Both the position numbers and the translations under genes were made by a program. A model generated the notes under the pieces. It was not told the DNA's origin, searched no databases, and saw nothing but the letters and a program-made list of their open reading frames with translations. Below, one piece after another: positions 12,625 to 25,557 of a stretch of 64,000 nt of DNA. Within the stretch, counting starts at the first letter, position 1. Every line of letters starts with the position of its first letter. The stretch is from Eledone cirrhosa (Eukaryota): positions 49,972,001 to 50,036,000 of the forward strand of contig OZ024744.1 of NCBI GenBank assembly GCA_964016885.1, in the 5' to 3' direction.

Positions 12625-12669
12625 AATATTGAACTAGTTTCGTTGTTGTTACAACTCATCAGCAATATT
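12625..12669 (-). ncRNA. Minimal type I hammerhead ribozyme (family A, unit 2)
   Basis: Identical to 12158-12202, 467 bp downstream. Confidence 0.9.
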
Positions 12670-13021
12670 TACCTATCTTCCGGCCTCTCTAGAGAATCGT
12701 AAAAGCACATATCGTTATATGCTTTTTCTATGAAAATTAGTAGTGGACAGACTAATTTGCATAGAGTGTGAGTAAGTACCGGTTCAACGGAGACGATAAA
12801 AACAAATAACGAAACGAAATTAAACTTCGTTTCGTTTGTAAAAAGTGAGTTACAAACGAAACGAAGTTTAATTTCGTTTCGTTATTTGTTTTTATCGTCT
12901 CCGTTGAACCGGTACTTACTCACACTCTATGCAAATTAGTCTGCCCACTACTAATTTTCATAGAAAAAGCATATAACGATATGTGCTTTTACGATTCTCT
13001 AGAGAGGCCGGAAGATAGGTA

Positions 13022-13066
13022 AATATTGCTGATGAGTTGTAACAACAACGAAACTAGTTCAATATT
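13022..13066 (+). ncRNA. Minimal type I hammerhead ribozyme (family A, inverted arm)
   Basis: AATATTG CTGATGA GTTGTAACAACAAC GAAACTAGTT CAATATT read directly on the plus strand. Perfect 7-bp stem I and palindromic ACTAGT helix III. Confidence 0.9.
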
Positions 13067-13282
13067 CTTTGTCTGGCTTTCTGGAGAATAGAGGAAAGGT
13101 GTTTCCTCAAAAACCAGTATGACTCTAAAAACCGGTTTGTCTGTGTGTTTACATACAGAATAGCTGGCCACTCACAGTAAAGTGACCAGTGAAAAAACTT
13201 GGTACATCTACATATGTATACGTGTGTGTATTCATATACATACTAGTATTTCAGTATACATATATGGATGTACATCTTTAAC

Positions 13283-13357
<75 letters not shown>

Positions 13358-13369
13358 TATATGTATATA

Positions 13370-13458
<89 letters not shown>

Positions 13459-13464
13459 TATATA

Positions 13465-13705
13465 TTAGAAAGTGGTTTTTTTTTACAAAATGAAAAATAA
13501 CCGAGGTGTCCTACACGAGTGAAAGTATTAGGAAAAAAGATGAAATCGACAATGCAACTGGAGTCTTTTTTTTTTAAATATATATTTATTTGGTTCCTTT
13601 ACCGGTTTCGCAGTTCTTCTGCTTTTCAAAAGTAGAGTTGAGATGGTGGGTTTTTCTCACATCTCAACTCTACTTTTGAAAAGCAGAAGAACTGCGAAAC
13701 CGGTA
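13465..13705. mobile_element. Fold-back element family D, copy 1 (U3-A8 hammerhead in each arm)
   Basis: Homologous to 30805-31142 and 60988-61333. HHR on minus at 13596-13633. The plus arm ends GAAACCGGTA, followed by (TA)n. Confidence 0.8.
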
Positions 13706-13778
13706 TATATATATATATATATTCATATTCATATATATATATATATATTTTCATATTCATATTCATATATATATATAT

Positions 13779-16680
13779 CGACCTCATGAACATGATAAGT
13801 GGAACTAAATTCAAAAAACGGACACATCTTAACAAATTGCAAAACGACATCAATGCACTACTAAAAAAAAACTACGCAACACCAACGGTATTATAGTAAA
13901 AGCAGACAAAACATCAAACGTATACACCATGAGCCTCAATACATACAATAATTTTATACGCCGGGAATTGTACAAAAAATACAAAAAACAACAGAATCTT
14001 CACTCACTAGCATTAATAAGGAAGGACTTAGCATAGTAAAAAAACTGAAAATATCTGATAGAACCGAGCCTCTAACCCCTTGTAACCCCACATTTAACCT
14101 AAAGGATCACAAAAATAATTTCGAAATAGACACCACAATTAGATTAATATGCCCATCTAAGTCGGATATCGGTAGAATTAGCAAGTATATACTAGATAGA
14201 GTAATCACGCAAATTAAGGACAAACTAGTAATTAAGCTATGGGGTAACACTAACGAAGCAATAGACTGGTTCAGAAAAATAAACAGTAGAGAAACATCTA
14301 ACTTCGTACAGTTCGACATTAATGACTACTACTCATCCATATCCCCAGTCACCCTGGGTAAAGCGCTAACCTTTGCCCAGAAAAATTCGGACCTTACCTC
14401 GGACGAAATTAAAATAATACTAGCTGCTAGAAGGACTATCATTAGATTCGAAAATAGTTACTGGGAACGAAAAAACAGACAGAATAGCTTCGATATCACA
14501 ATGGGATCTAACGATTCAGCGCAGGTAACGGACTTGGTGGGAATATATATAGCGAACAACTTACATAAGGAATTCAATAACCTCCAAGGAGGAATTTACA
14601 GAGACGATACACTCCTTCTAGCCAAAAACTTAAATAATCAAAACATGGAAAGATTACGAAAAAACATTAGAGTATTCTTCAAAAAACTAGGTCTACGTAT
14701 CACTTTCGAACTTAACTCTCAAACAGCAAATTTCTTAGATGTTACTCTCAACCTAAACACAGGATTAATAGAGCCCTTCCATAAGAATAACGAAAATCTA
14801 GCCTACATTAGTTATAACTCAAACCACCTCCGATCCATAATTAACTCCATAGCACATAGTATATCCCTCAGAATATCCCGCCTATCTTCGAACCTAAACA
14901 TTTTTAACGAATACGCAAACTATTATAACAGTTTTACATAAGGCTGGACATAAGGAGAAGCTGGAATACACACTAGATAGAGACAACAACAACAAACCTA
15001 ACGACAACAACACTACCCGCTCATATAGAAATAACAAGCATAGGACTAAGCATAGAATTAGACAACGAGCACCAAAAATAACCGAACAGAACACTAATAT
15101 AAGGACCCCCCAAAACTATAGAAGATCCAGAGATAGAAAGTACCTATGGTTCAATCCAATATTCAACTCCTCTATAAAAACTAAACTACCTTCTACATTT
15201 TTTAAACTAATAGATAAGCACTTCCCTACACTACACAAATACCATAAAATCTTTAATAGAAAAACTATAAAACTTTCCTACTCTACTGCAGCCAAGATAG
15301 AATCGCACATACGTAAGATCAACCACAAAAATATCTCTAACGAAATTAACCTACCAACATACACCATAGCACCAACTACAAAACACAAACACATACCAAT
15401 ATCACAACCACAAACGCATCAGAACGCATCACAACAAAACATTAATAGGCCTAAATCAGAACCCACCCACAACAACTTACAAAACCGCAACGATCAAGCT
15501 GCACAAAATAAAACCTCAAATTGTAATTGCCACCTACCGGATAAGTGCCCACTACGGAATAGATGTCTGGATTCGAGTATGGTTTACCTGTGTACTGTAA
15601 ATTCTACTTGGCACTACATAGGTTCCACGGCTGGGGAGTTCAAGAAAAGGTGGTACGTCCACAGACACTCCATGAAGAACCGTGGACTGGAGAACTCTAC
15701 GACGCTCGCAAATAAAATCTGGCAGCTTAAGGACAAAAACCGAGAATATAAGATGAGCTGGTCAAAATTATCGGTAGCAAAAGCCTACAGCAACGGAATG
15801 TCCCACTGCGGGCTTTGTAATTTAGAACTACTACATATTTTAAGGTACGATGGGATGTTGCTTAACAGCAAAATAGAAAGATCAATTTTCTGTAGGCATA
15901 AAATAGCTACTAGATTCACAAACTTCAAACCACCATGATTTGAACCAACAATCCCAAAATTAGCACTGAACCACCTAGATTTTAACATATAGAATACACA
16001 CCATCGCACTGCTATTAGCTATCAAACGGTCAACTGGTCACTGAATCATAAATCTCTCAACATTTCTTTCACCCTCTCTCCCTGAAACAGCATCAACCCT
16101 ATTAAGATAGAACAATCAGCAAAACATTTACAACAAGCGTTTATCAAATGTCCCGTCATCCCTAGCCCATAAATATCATAGATGTATCGACCAATTAATC
16201 TCTAATTTATTGTCTTTTCTTTTATCTGTCACTACATCGGACCCTCTACACGTATGTATGTACATCTCGAATCTGGTTTCTCGTGTTAGCACCTAACCCA
16301 TCAACGAATCCTTATAAGAACACTTACTCAAAAACTACTACTAACATAATATGTACTCACACGCTCTCATTTATTTATTTATATTTTCCATTTTCTCATT
16401 TTCTTTTTTTTTAATGTACGCAATCATATATTTTACTTTTTACTTTTTACATCTCTAACTTCTCTACCTATTTACCATATATGTTTTAATATCTATGTTA
16501 TTGTTTTGATTATACGCTATTTTTCTATATGAGTCTTGCCTCGAGTGAATTACTTTCATATCTACGTATTCTGATGTGTTGACCAGAGGTAAATAATGTA
16601 TTGTAGATCGAATGACGCAACCTCAAGCGATTAGTGAACTCTAGACTCACCTGATCAACGAAACAATTGTCAGTACTTTA
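13779..16680 (+). mobile_element. 5'-truncated Penelope-like element (RT plus C-terminal GIY-YIG), frameshifted
   Basis: RT motifs KADKTSNVY, LKDHK, RLICPSKSDIG, FDINDYYSSI, FDITMGSND, GIYRDD and FLDVTLNL. Then WFNP, CNCHLPDKCPL, VYLC..HYIGST..FKKRW..H and CGLC..E, with stop at 15938. Long 3' UTR ending in (TA)n. Confidence 0.92.
16566..16676 (+). ncRNA. Type I hammerhead with ~80-nt stem II at the PLE 3' end (A9U change)
   Basis: GTATT-CTGATGT-GTTGAC...GATCAAC-GAAAC-AATT-GTC^-AGTAC, with a palindromic helix III. Confidence 0.65.
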
Positions 16681-16694
16681 TATATATATATATA

Positions 16695-16793
<99 letters not shown>

Positions 16794-17513
16794 GTATATT
16801 GGTTAATTATTTAAGTTTGTGTAATAACGGTCTGGTTGAGTGCTTAATTCAGTTTGTGTATGGAATTTTTTCCATTGCTCATAATTTGAATTTGACCGCC
16901 ATAAACCGGGGTTACCTCCCTTTGGAGTAACATGCGCTATCACACCGGGATTTGGGTTATAACGAAAGCCTGTTGAGAAAGTAAATCCTCTGTTCAATCT
17001 TCCAGAAACCTAACTTGTATACACCACAAGCGGATTTTGTAAATTTCGGATTTACAGAAACCTCACATAGATATTCAATAATTTTGAAGTGACTGTACAG
17101 GTATGTTATATATACAGATACGTGCATATACGTATGTATATGTATATATGTATATATATGTATATATATATATGTATATGTATATGTATGTATATATGTG
17201 TGTGTATGTATGTGTGTGTGTGTGTATTTTTTTCTCACTAGTCAGTTCTTTCGCTGCTACAGATCACCCAGCTGAATTAGCGGTCGCTATTTTCAATTTT
17301 CAAAGCCCTTTAAACTGTATGTTATTACTCTGAGGTCTATACCCTGTCGAGTGCTTGGCTGCACTGCTGAAGACATTCGTTGGCTTAGCTGCTACTCGAA
17401 CTTCGAATATGCTGTACTTTGGTATATTCATATTTATATATATATATATATATATATATTCATATATATATATATATTCATATAAATATATATATATATA
17501 TATTCATATATAT

Positions 17514-18202
17514 AAGTATGTATACGTACATACATATATGTGTACAAACGCACAGTAGTATGTATATACATACATACATGCACACATATATATATATGTA
17601 CGTATGGGTTTACCGAAAATTTATTATAATGTTCGGTTTGTTTGTAAACAAACAGCCCGAATTACGCCGTACAGTGCTCGGCAACCATCGTCGCTCTTTT
17701 GTTCAACACTGACACAGGAACGATGTACTAGTTTCAAGCTTATTAGCTATCGTAAGCATCGTATACCTTTCTGTCAGGTGATTGAACGTCTGAAACTATA
17801 TACTTTCCTTATGCATATTAACGGCTGAGCAGCCTAATTTGCATATCGAGTAATTTAGTCGGCCGGGCATACCGAAAACGATAAATGGAAAAGAATGAAA
17901 CGAAATTTCATTTCTCACTCTTAGTACGGCTGATACCTAAATATAAGTATGTATACGTACATATGTCGTGTGTCAGTGTTGAACAAAAGGTTGCCGAGCA
18001 CTGTACGGCGTAATTCGGGCTGTTTGCTTACAAACAAACCGAACATTATAATAAATGTTCGGTAAACCCATACGTGCATGTATATATATATATATACATA
18101 CTACTGTGCGTCTGTACACATATGTATGTACGTATACATACTTATATTTAGGTATCAACCGTACTAAGAGTGACAAATGAAATTTCGTTTCATTCTTTTC
18201 CA
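17514..18202. mobile_element. Retrozyme-like element, family E, locus 1: ~431-bp unit, start of next unit, inverted arm
   Basis: aagtatgtatacgtacata recurs at 17514 and 17945. Inverted arm about 17970-18200, (TA)n flanks, homologous to 61941-62830. Confidence 0.8.
17720..17762 (-). ncRNA. Minimal hammerhead, family E (G5U, probably inactive copy)
   Basis: Reverse complement ACGATG-CTTACGA-TAGC TAATAA GCTT-GAAAC-TA-GTA^-CATCGT. Confidence 0.7.
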
Positions 18203-18407
18203 TATATATATATATATATATATATATTCATATAATAATAATATTATTTATAGTTATATATACACTATATACAACTATAAACAGGAAAGGTCAGTAATTG
18301 ATTACCACCTTATTACCAGTAAGAAAATACCTCAATGTATAATAATAATAATACTATCATTTGAACATTACAGAAACAATTATCACACTACATCAACCAT
18401 ATAAACT

Positions 18408-18742
18408 CATAATTTTAATACACTAACAACTTTGCCTGCTTGATATGTCATCAAGTTTCGTATTTACAGAGTGGAATGGATGTGACAGAGATTACAAGAG
18501 AATTGTATAATAATTAAAGAGGCACAGAGTGGAATACATGTGATAGAGATTAGAAGAGAATAGCATAATAATTAAAGTAGTATAGAGAGTGCAAATGAGT
18601 TAGACATATACAGGAAGTTAGGTAGGAAACAAGCAATGGTACTAGGCATATATAATTACTGCATGGCAAAGGTATCACATACAATAACATAGGTTTTACA
18701 AGCATATCAAGCAGGCAAAGTTGTTAGTGTATTAAAATTATG
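18408..18742. repeat. Perfect 40-bp inverted repeat around a ~255-bp spacer
   Basis: cataattttaatacactaacaactttgcctgcttgatatg (18408-18447) and its reverse complement (18703-18742). Confidence 0.85.
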
Positions 18743-18979
18743 TTGAATTAAAATTCCAAGTATCGGTCTCCGTGGTTTACCATTCGATTAATTGGTGAAA
18801 TATATTTCTTTAATGGAATATATACAGGGAAGATTAATCATATTATAAGGTATCTATTTATGAAGTTCTAGTTAACTTTATTTAGTTACCTACCTAGCTA
18901 TGTGTGGTTACACACTTGTAAAAATTATCTCCTGTGATTGTTTCATATGTTTATTTATATGTTAATCAATTTCTAGTTG

Positions 18980-19025
<46 letters not shown>

Positions 19026-19176
19026 AGCGTTTATGCGCGCGCGCGTGTGTTTGGGTGTGTACATGTGTCTAAAATTGCTTCGAAAGACTTGGATCAGCCA
19101 AAGATTCTAATTGTATATATATATATATTAGTAAGTAAGTTAATTTTTAATTTTTAAAATTTTCTTATTTTACGTC

Positions 19177-19214
<38 letters not shown>

Positions 19215-19241
19215 ATATATATTCAAATATATATATATATT

Positions 19242-19294
<53 letters not shown>

Positions 19295-19298
<4 letters not shown>

Positions 19299-19735
19299 GG
19301 TAAAATGAAAAAGCACAGAGGAATATTTAAAGATTATTTTTTTCTCCAATCCGACAGAATGAATATTTATATAATCGATTCATTAAATGGATTTGACAGA
19401 ATGAATACTTATATAATCGATACGTTAAATGGATTTGACAGAATGAATACTTATATAATCAATACATTAAATGGATTTAAACTTTGTAAAATATTACCTG
19501 TTTCGACTGGTATATTAACCTTATCACATATGTTCTAACTGCCCACAGAATATGAGAACAAACTTCTTTATATATTTGATAAGATTGACATACCAATCAA
19601 AACTGGTAATATTTGACAAAATTTATATCCATTTAATGTAACAACTATAAAAAATATTCCTTCTGTCGGACTAAAGAAAAGATAGTCTTTAAATATAACT
19701 CAGTGCGTTTTTTTATTTTTTATTTTCTACCTATA
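19295..19735. mobile_element. Diverged fold-back or MITE-like element with an internal ~42-bp triplication
   Basis: Arms atatttaaaga..tccgacagaa.gaatattt and aaatattccttctgtcgga..tctttaaatat. gacagaatgaata occurs three times at 19353-19480, with (TA)n flanks. Confidence 0.6.
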
Positions 19736-19765
19736 TCTATTATTTATCTATATATCTATACATAC

Positions 19766-19893
<128 letters not shown>

Positions 19894-19943
19894 AAACGTA
19901 TATATATTATATAAATATATATATATATATATGTATAAACGTA

Positions 19944-20028
<85 letters not shown>

Positions 20029-20126
20029 TATAATATATAGTTGAATAAATCAACAGAGAACAAAAAACAGAAAGTCAGTAGAAATTATATGGTTTTTAGT
20101 TTCCCGCTTGAGAGTGGGAGGTGGGG

Positions 20127-20160
20127 GACGACGTTTCGGGCATAAGCCCTTCATCAGGAG
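20127..20160 (-). ncRNA. Hammerhead core of PLE type, stem I unresolved
   Basis: Reverse complement CTGATGA-A-GGGC TTAT GCCC-GAAACGTC, in a 200-bp island between (TA)n tracts. Confidence 0.5.
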
Positions 20161-20316
20161 AACAGTGGGCAGTAAGAGAGTTCCGAGGGTGAGTGGGGGA
20201 GTGGTGGTAAGACATTTAAAAAAAGGGAGGGAGAGAAAAGGGAGGAATGTATATACGTATATATATATATGTATATATATATAAACGTATATATATATAT
20301 ATATACATATATATAC

Positions 20317-20407
<91 letters not shown>

Positions 20408-20429
20408 CAGAATATTAAAACAATCAAAT

Positions 20430-20498
<69 letters not shown>

Positions 20499-20502
<4 letters not shown>

Positions 20503-21015
20503 TTAATATAGATGAGATTCTACAGGACTAGAACTGTTTCATTCATTAGAAATCATCAGGAATCTGGGTATCAAAAAATAAATATGGTATTTATAGGTCT
20601 CTACAAGTGGTAGGAGAGGGTGGGGAGTGGGATGGGTGCAGGTCATTGGTTGATAGAAAAGGGAATTCACTAAAAGCTAATTCTACAAAGCTATAGTTTA
20701 TTTTTATTTTTATTTATTTATGTTAATAAATAAATAAAAATAAAAATAAACTATAGCTTTGTAGAATTAGCTTTTAATGAATTCCCTTTTCTATCAACCA
20801 ATGGCCTGCGCCCATCCCACTCCCCACCCTCTCCTACCACTTGTAGAGACCTATAAATACCATATTTATTTGTTGATACCCAGATTCCTGATGATTTCTA
20901 ATGAATGAAACAGTTCTAGTCCTGTAGAATCTCATCTATATTAAAACCTTTATACTCTGCTATGTATTGAGTACCTTACTTACTGTGGTTACCTCCGATT
21001 CAACCCGGAATAACG
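20499..21015. mobile_element. Fold-back element family C, locus 1 (HHR in both arms)
   Basis: ~220-bp inverted arms centred near 20723. HHR on minus at 20515-20565 and on plus at 20882-20932. Confidence 0.85.
20882..20932 (+). ncRNA. Type I hammerhead ribozyme (family C)
   Basis: AGATTC-CTGATGA-T TTC TAAT GAA T-GAAAC-AG TTCTAGTC CT-GTA^-GAATCT. Confidence 0.88.
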
Positions 21016-21044
21016 TATATATATATATATATATATATACATAT

Positions 21045-21211
<167 letters not shown>

Positions 21212-21218
21212 TACATAT

Positions 21219-21401
<183 letters not shown>

Positions 21402-21437
21402 ATTAAAACAATCAAATCTTAGTTTAATACATTTATT

Positions 21438-21484
21438 TGCCGACAATTGTTTCTTCCAGACGGGTGTCTGGAATCATAGGAGCA
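21438..21484 (-). ncRNA. Variant or degenerate hammerhead (core CCTATGA)
   Basis: Reverse complement TGCT-CCTATGA-TTCCAGAC ACCC GTCTGGAA-GAAAC-AATT-GTC^-GGCA, near the (TA)n-proximal end of a 1.3-kb island. Confidence 0.55.
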
Positions 21485-23090
21485 TAGGCGATGTTTAAAC
21501 AGGTGATTAAAATCCTAATCTTCAGAATGATTTGGTAGATACATAACTGTTTTCAGTGTCATAGACATCATATAGAAAATCGGGAGTTAAAAAAGAATGT
21601 TATGCTTCAGAAAACACAATTACAAGGAGCAATGGTGAACATTGAAAAATAAGCATATTATGTATAAAGGTAATACATGTGCAAATGGTACAAGCAAAAA
21701 AGGTATAATAAAAAAAGATGCAAGATAGGATAATTAGAAGATATCATAGCATTGGAAATCAGGTAATGTTAAGGGTATATAATGCAAGAGTCAATACAGT
21801 TAATAAAGGCATGTATGAGGTAAGAGTTATATTATAGCTGAAACAAGCATATTTCGCGTAGAATGTAAAAGCATGTTACAATTGTTAGAAATGTTTAAAT
21901 TTTTTTAAATGGCGTGTTATATGGTATAGAGACATAAGGTGATAAAATGGATATATGTTATATAAGATGTAATGCAAAGCACGTGATTGAATTAGATAGG
22001 TAATTTTCAATCAAGAATTTGTATATTGGAGTTCGTATATAGATGTATATGTTGGGTGTAACTCAGATGTAACCATGGAATTTTCTTAGTTTTAAATGTA
22101 ATTTTTTTGAGATGTGTATAGTTTATAGATATGTATTCGGTAAAGATAAATTGGGACACGTAAATAAGGGGAACGAGCGAGACTGTAAACAAACAAACAT
22201 TGTAATGCAACGAAAAGTGAGGAAGAAAGAGTCAAGTCCCAGATTTCCATGAATATAAGTTCGGTAAAATCGTGAACGAGAGAGAATAAAGACCATCAAA
22301 CCTAGTCGAAATGTGAGCAAGGAAGGAATTCCGCATATTGGCTCCTATTCATTTCTTTATGTAAGTAGAGCTTCTTAAGTTGGATGGTTCTGAGCTGCTA
22401 TTTCTAGCGGTCTTTCAGTCCATTCACACCACCATGGACTATATAACGCGCCTATTTTCATCTCTTTGCACCATGTGCGTTATTTTAGTTATCTGATATA
22501 TCTTTAAAAATTAGGACCATGCTGTAGCCTACCTGTTGCTAAGCCCGTTGCAATATGGAATCTTCACTTTTTATGGCGAAATATTCTCTTATTAGAGTTT
22601 GTCCACGTGTTTATAATATACATGGGTGGTGTGTACAATTTAATTTATTCTTTTAATTGATATGTACTCTACATCCCTTTCGTAGACAATATGGTTTTCA
22701 CCCTGGGGGTATTCTACCCCCCATAATTGAACACATGCCTCTTTGTATATATATATATACTCTTGAAGTAATATGCTCATATTCATTCATTTAAAAATAA
22801 GAAGCTGATAAAAGATACAACTACTTTGGCAAAATTAATCTGGTCCCTTAAAGAAGATAAGGTTAAGTATAATATTAAATAGTATCTAATTAATACAGCA
22901 AGGCCATATGCGGGAAATAGATCCAAATATAATCATTGACCTCCAATTTCAACTTATTAAATGCTAAAAATGAGGTAATTCCTTTTTGTAACATAGGGCA
23001 CATTACTCCTTTTACTATAAGATTAAGGAACCTGCCTAGAGTTATACTTAATTTTTTTATTATATATGTGTGTGTATGTCTGTGTATATG

Positions 23091-23167
<77 letters not shown>

Positions 23168-23423
23168 TTAGTTATACTATTTATGTCACACATATAACAT
23201 TTGCACTATATAACCGCTTATCTTCATGTTGTATTTTAACCTGTATTTTTGATTTTTGATTGTACCTCTTAATATAAATGTAATCTCGAAGTGTGTAGTG
23301 CCACTCTAAATTCTGTAATGAATGTTGACCCACAATGTTTGAATATGTATCAATGTTTGAATATGTATCGGTATGTCTCTCGGCTGAAGAGGAGGTCATA
23401 TAACTGTCCATCCATTAATAAAT

Positions 23424-23470
23424 TGCTCCGAAGAATCCAAACCTCGGTTTGGAGGAAACAGCTGTAAGCA
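23424..23470 (+). ncRNA. Variant hammerhead (U4C core CCGAAGA)
   Basis: TGCT-CCGAAGA-A TCCAAAC CTCG GTTTGGA G-GAAAC-AGCT-GTA^-AGCA, about 35 nt before (TA)n. Confidence 0.65.
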
Positions 23471-23523
23471 CAATAATGTTTTGAACAGTTCTTTGATTCT
23501 TATATTTCATATATATATATATT

Positions 23524-23568
<45 letters not shown>

Positions 23569-23587
23569 ATGGACGGGTGTGAGTGTG

Positions 23588-23619
<32 letters not shown>

Positions 23620-23679
23620 GAATCCCAAATCGGTTCTCGGTCGTAGATACCCCATATATATATATATATACATTCATAT

Positions 23680-23714
<35 letters not shown>

Positions 23715-23718
23715 TAAT

Positions 23719-23769
<51 letters not shown>

Positions 23770-24303
23770 GTGTGTGTATATATATATATGTATATACATA
23801 TACATATATATATATATAAATGTGTGTATGTGTGTAGTGTGTGTGTACGTGTGTGTATATAATATGTATATATATGTATGTAAAAGGTAAACAGAAATAA
23901 CATATGGAAGGTATATATGAAATATATATTTACATATAAGTATATACATATATATATATATATTATGCATATACATATATATGTGTGTGTGTAATATATA
24001 TAATATTTATATGCATACACATATATATATGTGTGTGCGCGCGAATGCGTGTGTGTGTGCGTGTGCGCGTGTGTGTTGTGTATGTGAGACGAAAGAATAT
24101 TATGAAAATAGAAGTATTTGTTTATTATTCATAGAATAATCAGTACAATTATCATAGCAGATTGTATCAATAAATTACATTATCGATAAAATACATTGGT
24201 AGTGAGGTCTTAGCAAATTTACTTTATCGTGTCATTTATTGATAGGGTTGAAATGAGACGAACAGTATAGCAGTTGACTGGTTGTATGAAATCTATCTAT
24301 CTA

Positions 24304-24365
<62 letters not shown>

Positions 24366-24944
24366 TATGCGTGTATTTATATATATATATATACATTTAT
24401 ATATATATATATAGAGAGAGAGAGATGGATAGAGAGAGAGGGGAGGGGAGGGGGAGAACAGACAGAAAGAGAGAGACAAAGGCAGACACAACAATTGCAA
24501 TTTGTACGTACTCACACGCCTGCTCGCAATCAGGAGCGTACCAATCAAACTAATTACACTTGCTATATGAAAATATAATTATCGATCTCGTCCACAGTTA
24601 ATTTGTTCTGAGTGAAGGGTGTGCTTTTATTTGTTTTACACGTCTGTATAATTTGATTTATCTCTGGCACATTGCCTTATATAATTTCCGACCCAAATTA
24701 CGTCGGTCAAAGATGGCTTGAACTTTCTGTAGTCTTTCATTTAGTGTCTGGTTTTACTGCACAACTGAACACAGTTGTATGTGCCATAGGTACGTATAGT
24801 GATTGCTTTTGAATGTGTAGATTTCATGCTATTGCTTCAGTATAGCATTCTGTGGCCCTATTTTTAACATTTTTAACAATTTCTGTTGTTGCTTCTACTT
24901 TATAGTCATAACTATCTACTGCATCAGGTAGAGGTAGATACCTC

Positions 24945-25400
24945 CTTCAGTCACGAATGACCATGGGCTTTGACCTAGAAATTTCCCTCCAAGGCACAAA
25001 GTCTGGGCGAGAATTTTTGTGGAAGATCAACAGTAGCCCATGCATACTAGTCAACCCTGTCTACGCCACCAATATTGTCTTAGGTAAAGGCAAAGGTCGG
25101 TACAGCTGGGCAAAAGTGACGTCACTTCTACAGCTGAGTGAACTGGAGTAATGTGAAATAAAGTGTCATGCTCAAGAACACGCCCGGTCCGGGAATCGAA
25201 CTCACAATATAAGTCTGCTCCTGAAATTGCAAATGGCTGAGCACTCCACTGTCACGTATACTCTTAACACAATTCTCTGGGAGATTCAGTGTGACACTCT
25301 CTGCTTTCGTCTACCCAATTTCACTCACGAGGCTAGGGTCAATCCAAGGCTATAGTAAATGATAATTGCCCAAGATGTCCTCGTTGGGATCGAACCTTGG
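24945..25400. mobile_element. Cluster of old SINE fragments
   Basis: Reverse B-box-like ends gggaatcgaactcac (~25190) and gggatcgaacc (~25387). The segments resemble abundant cephalopod SINE bodies (from recall, not a search). Confidence 0.5.
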
Positions 25401-25526
25401 ACCTAATGACCACCACCACCACTAACTCTACCCCCCCCCCTACCAATCAATCAACATATGAATGACCAGCAACAATGTACGTGGGGGGCGCAGAGAGAAA
25501 GGGGAGAGAGAGGAAGATAAAGGCGA

Positions 25527-25557
<31 letters not shown>

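Noticed and set aside
17360-17420. CTGAAGA followed by a hairpin
   Set aside because: No GAAA-NUH or stem I partner.
24580-24940. Coding-like minus-strand stretch
   Set aside because: Several stops and no identifiable motif.
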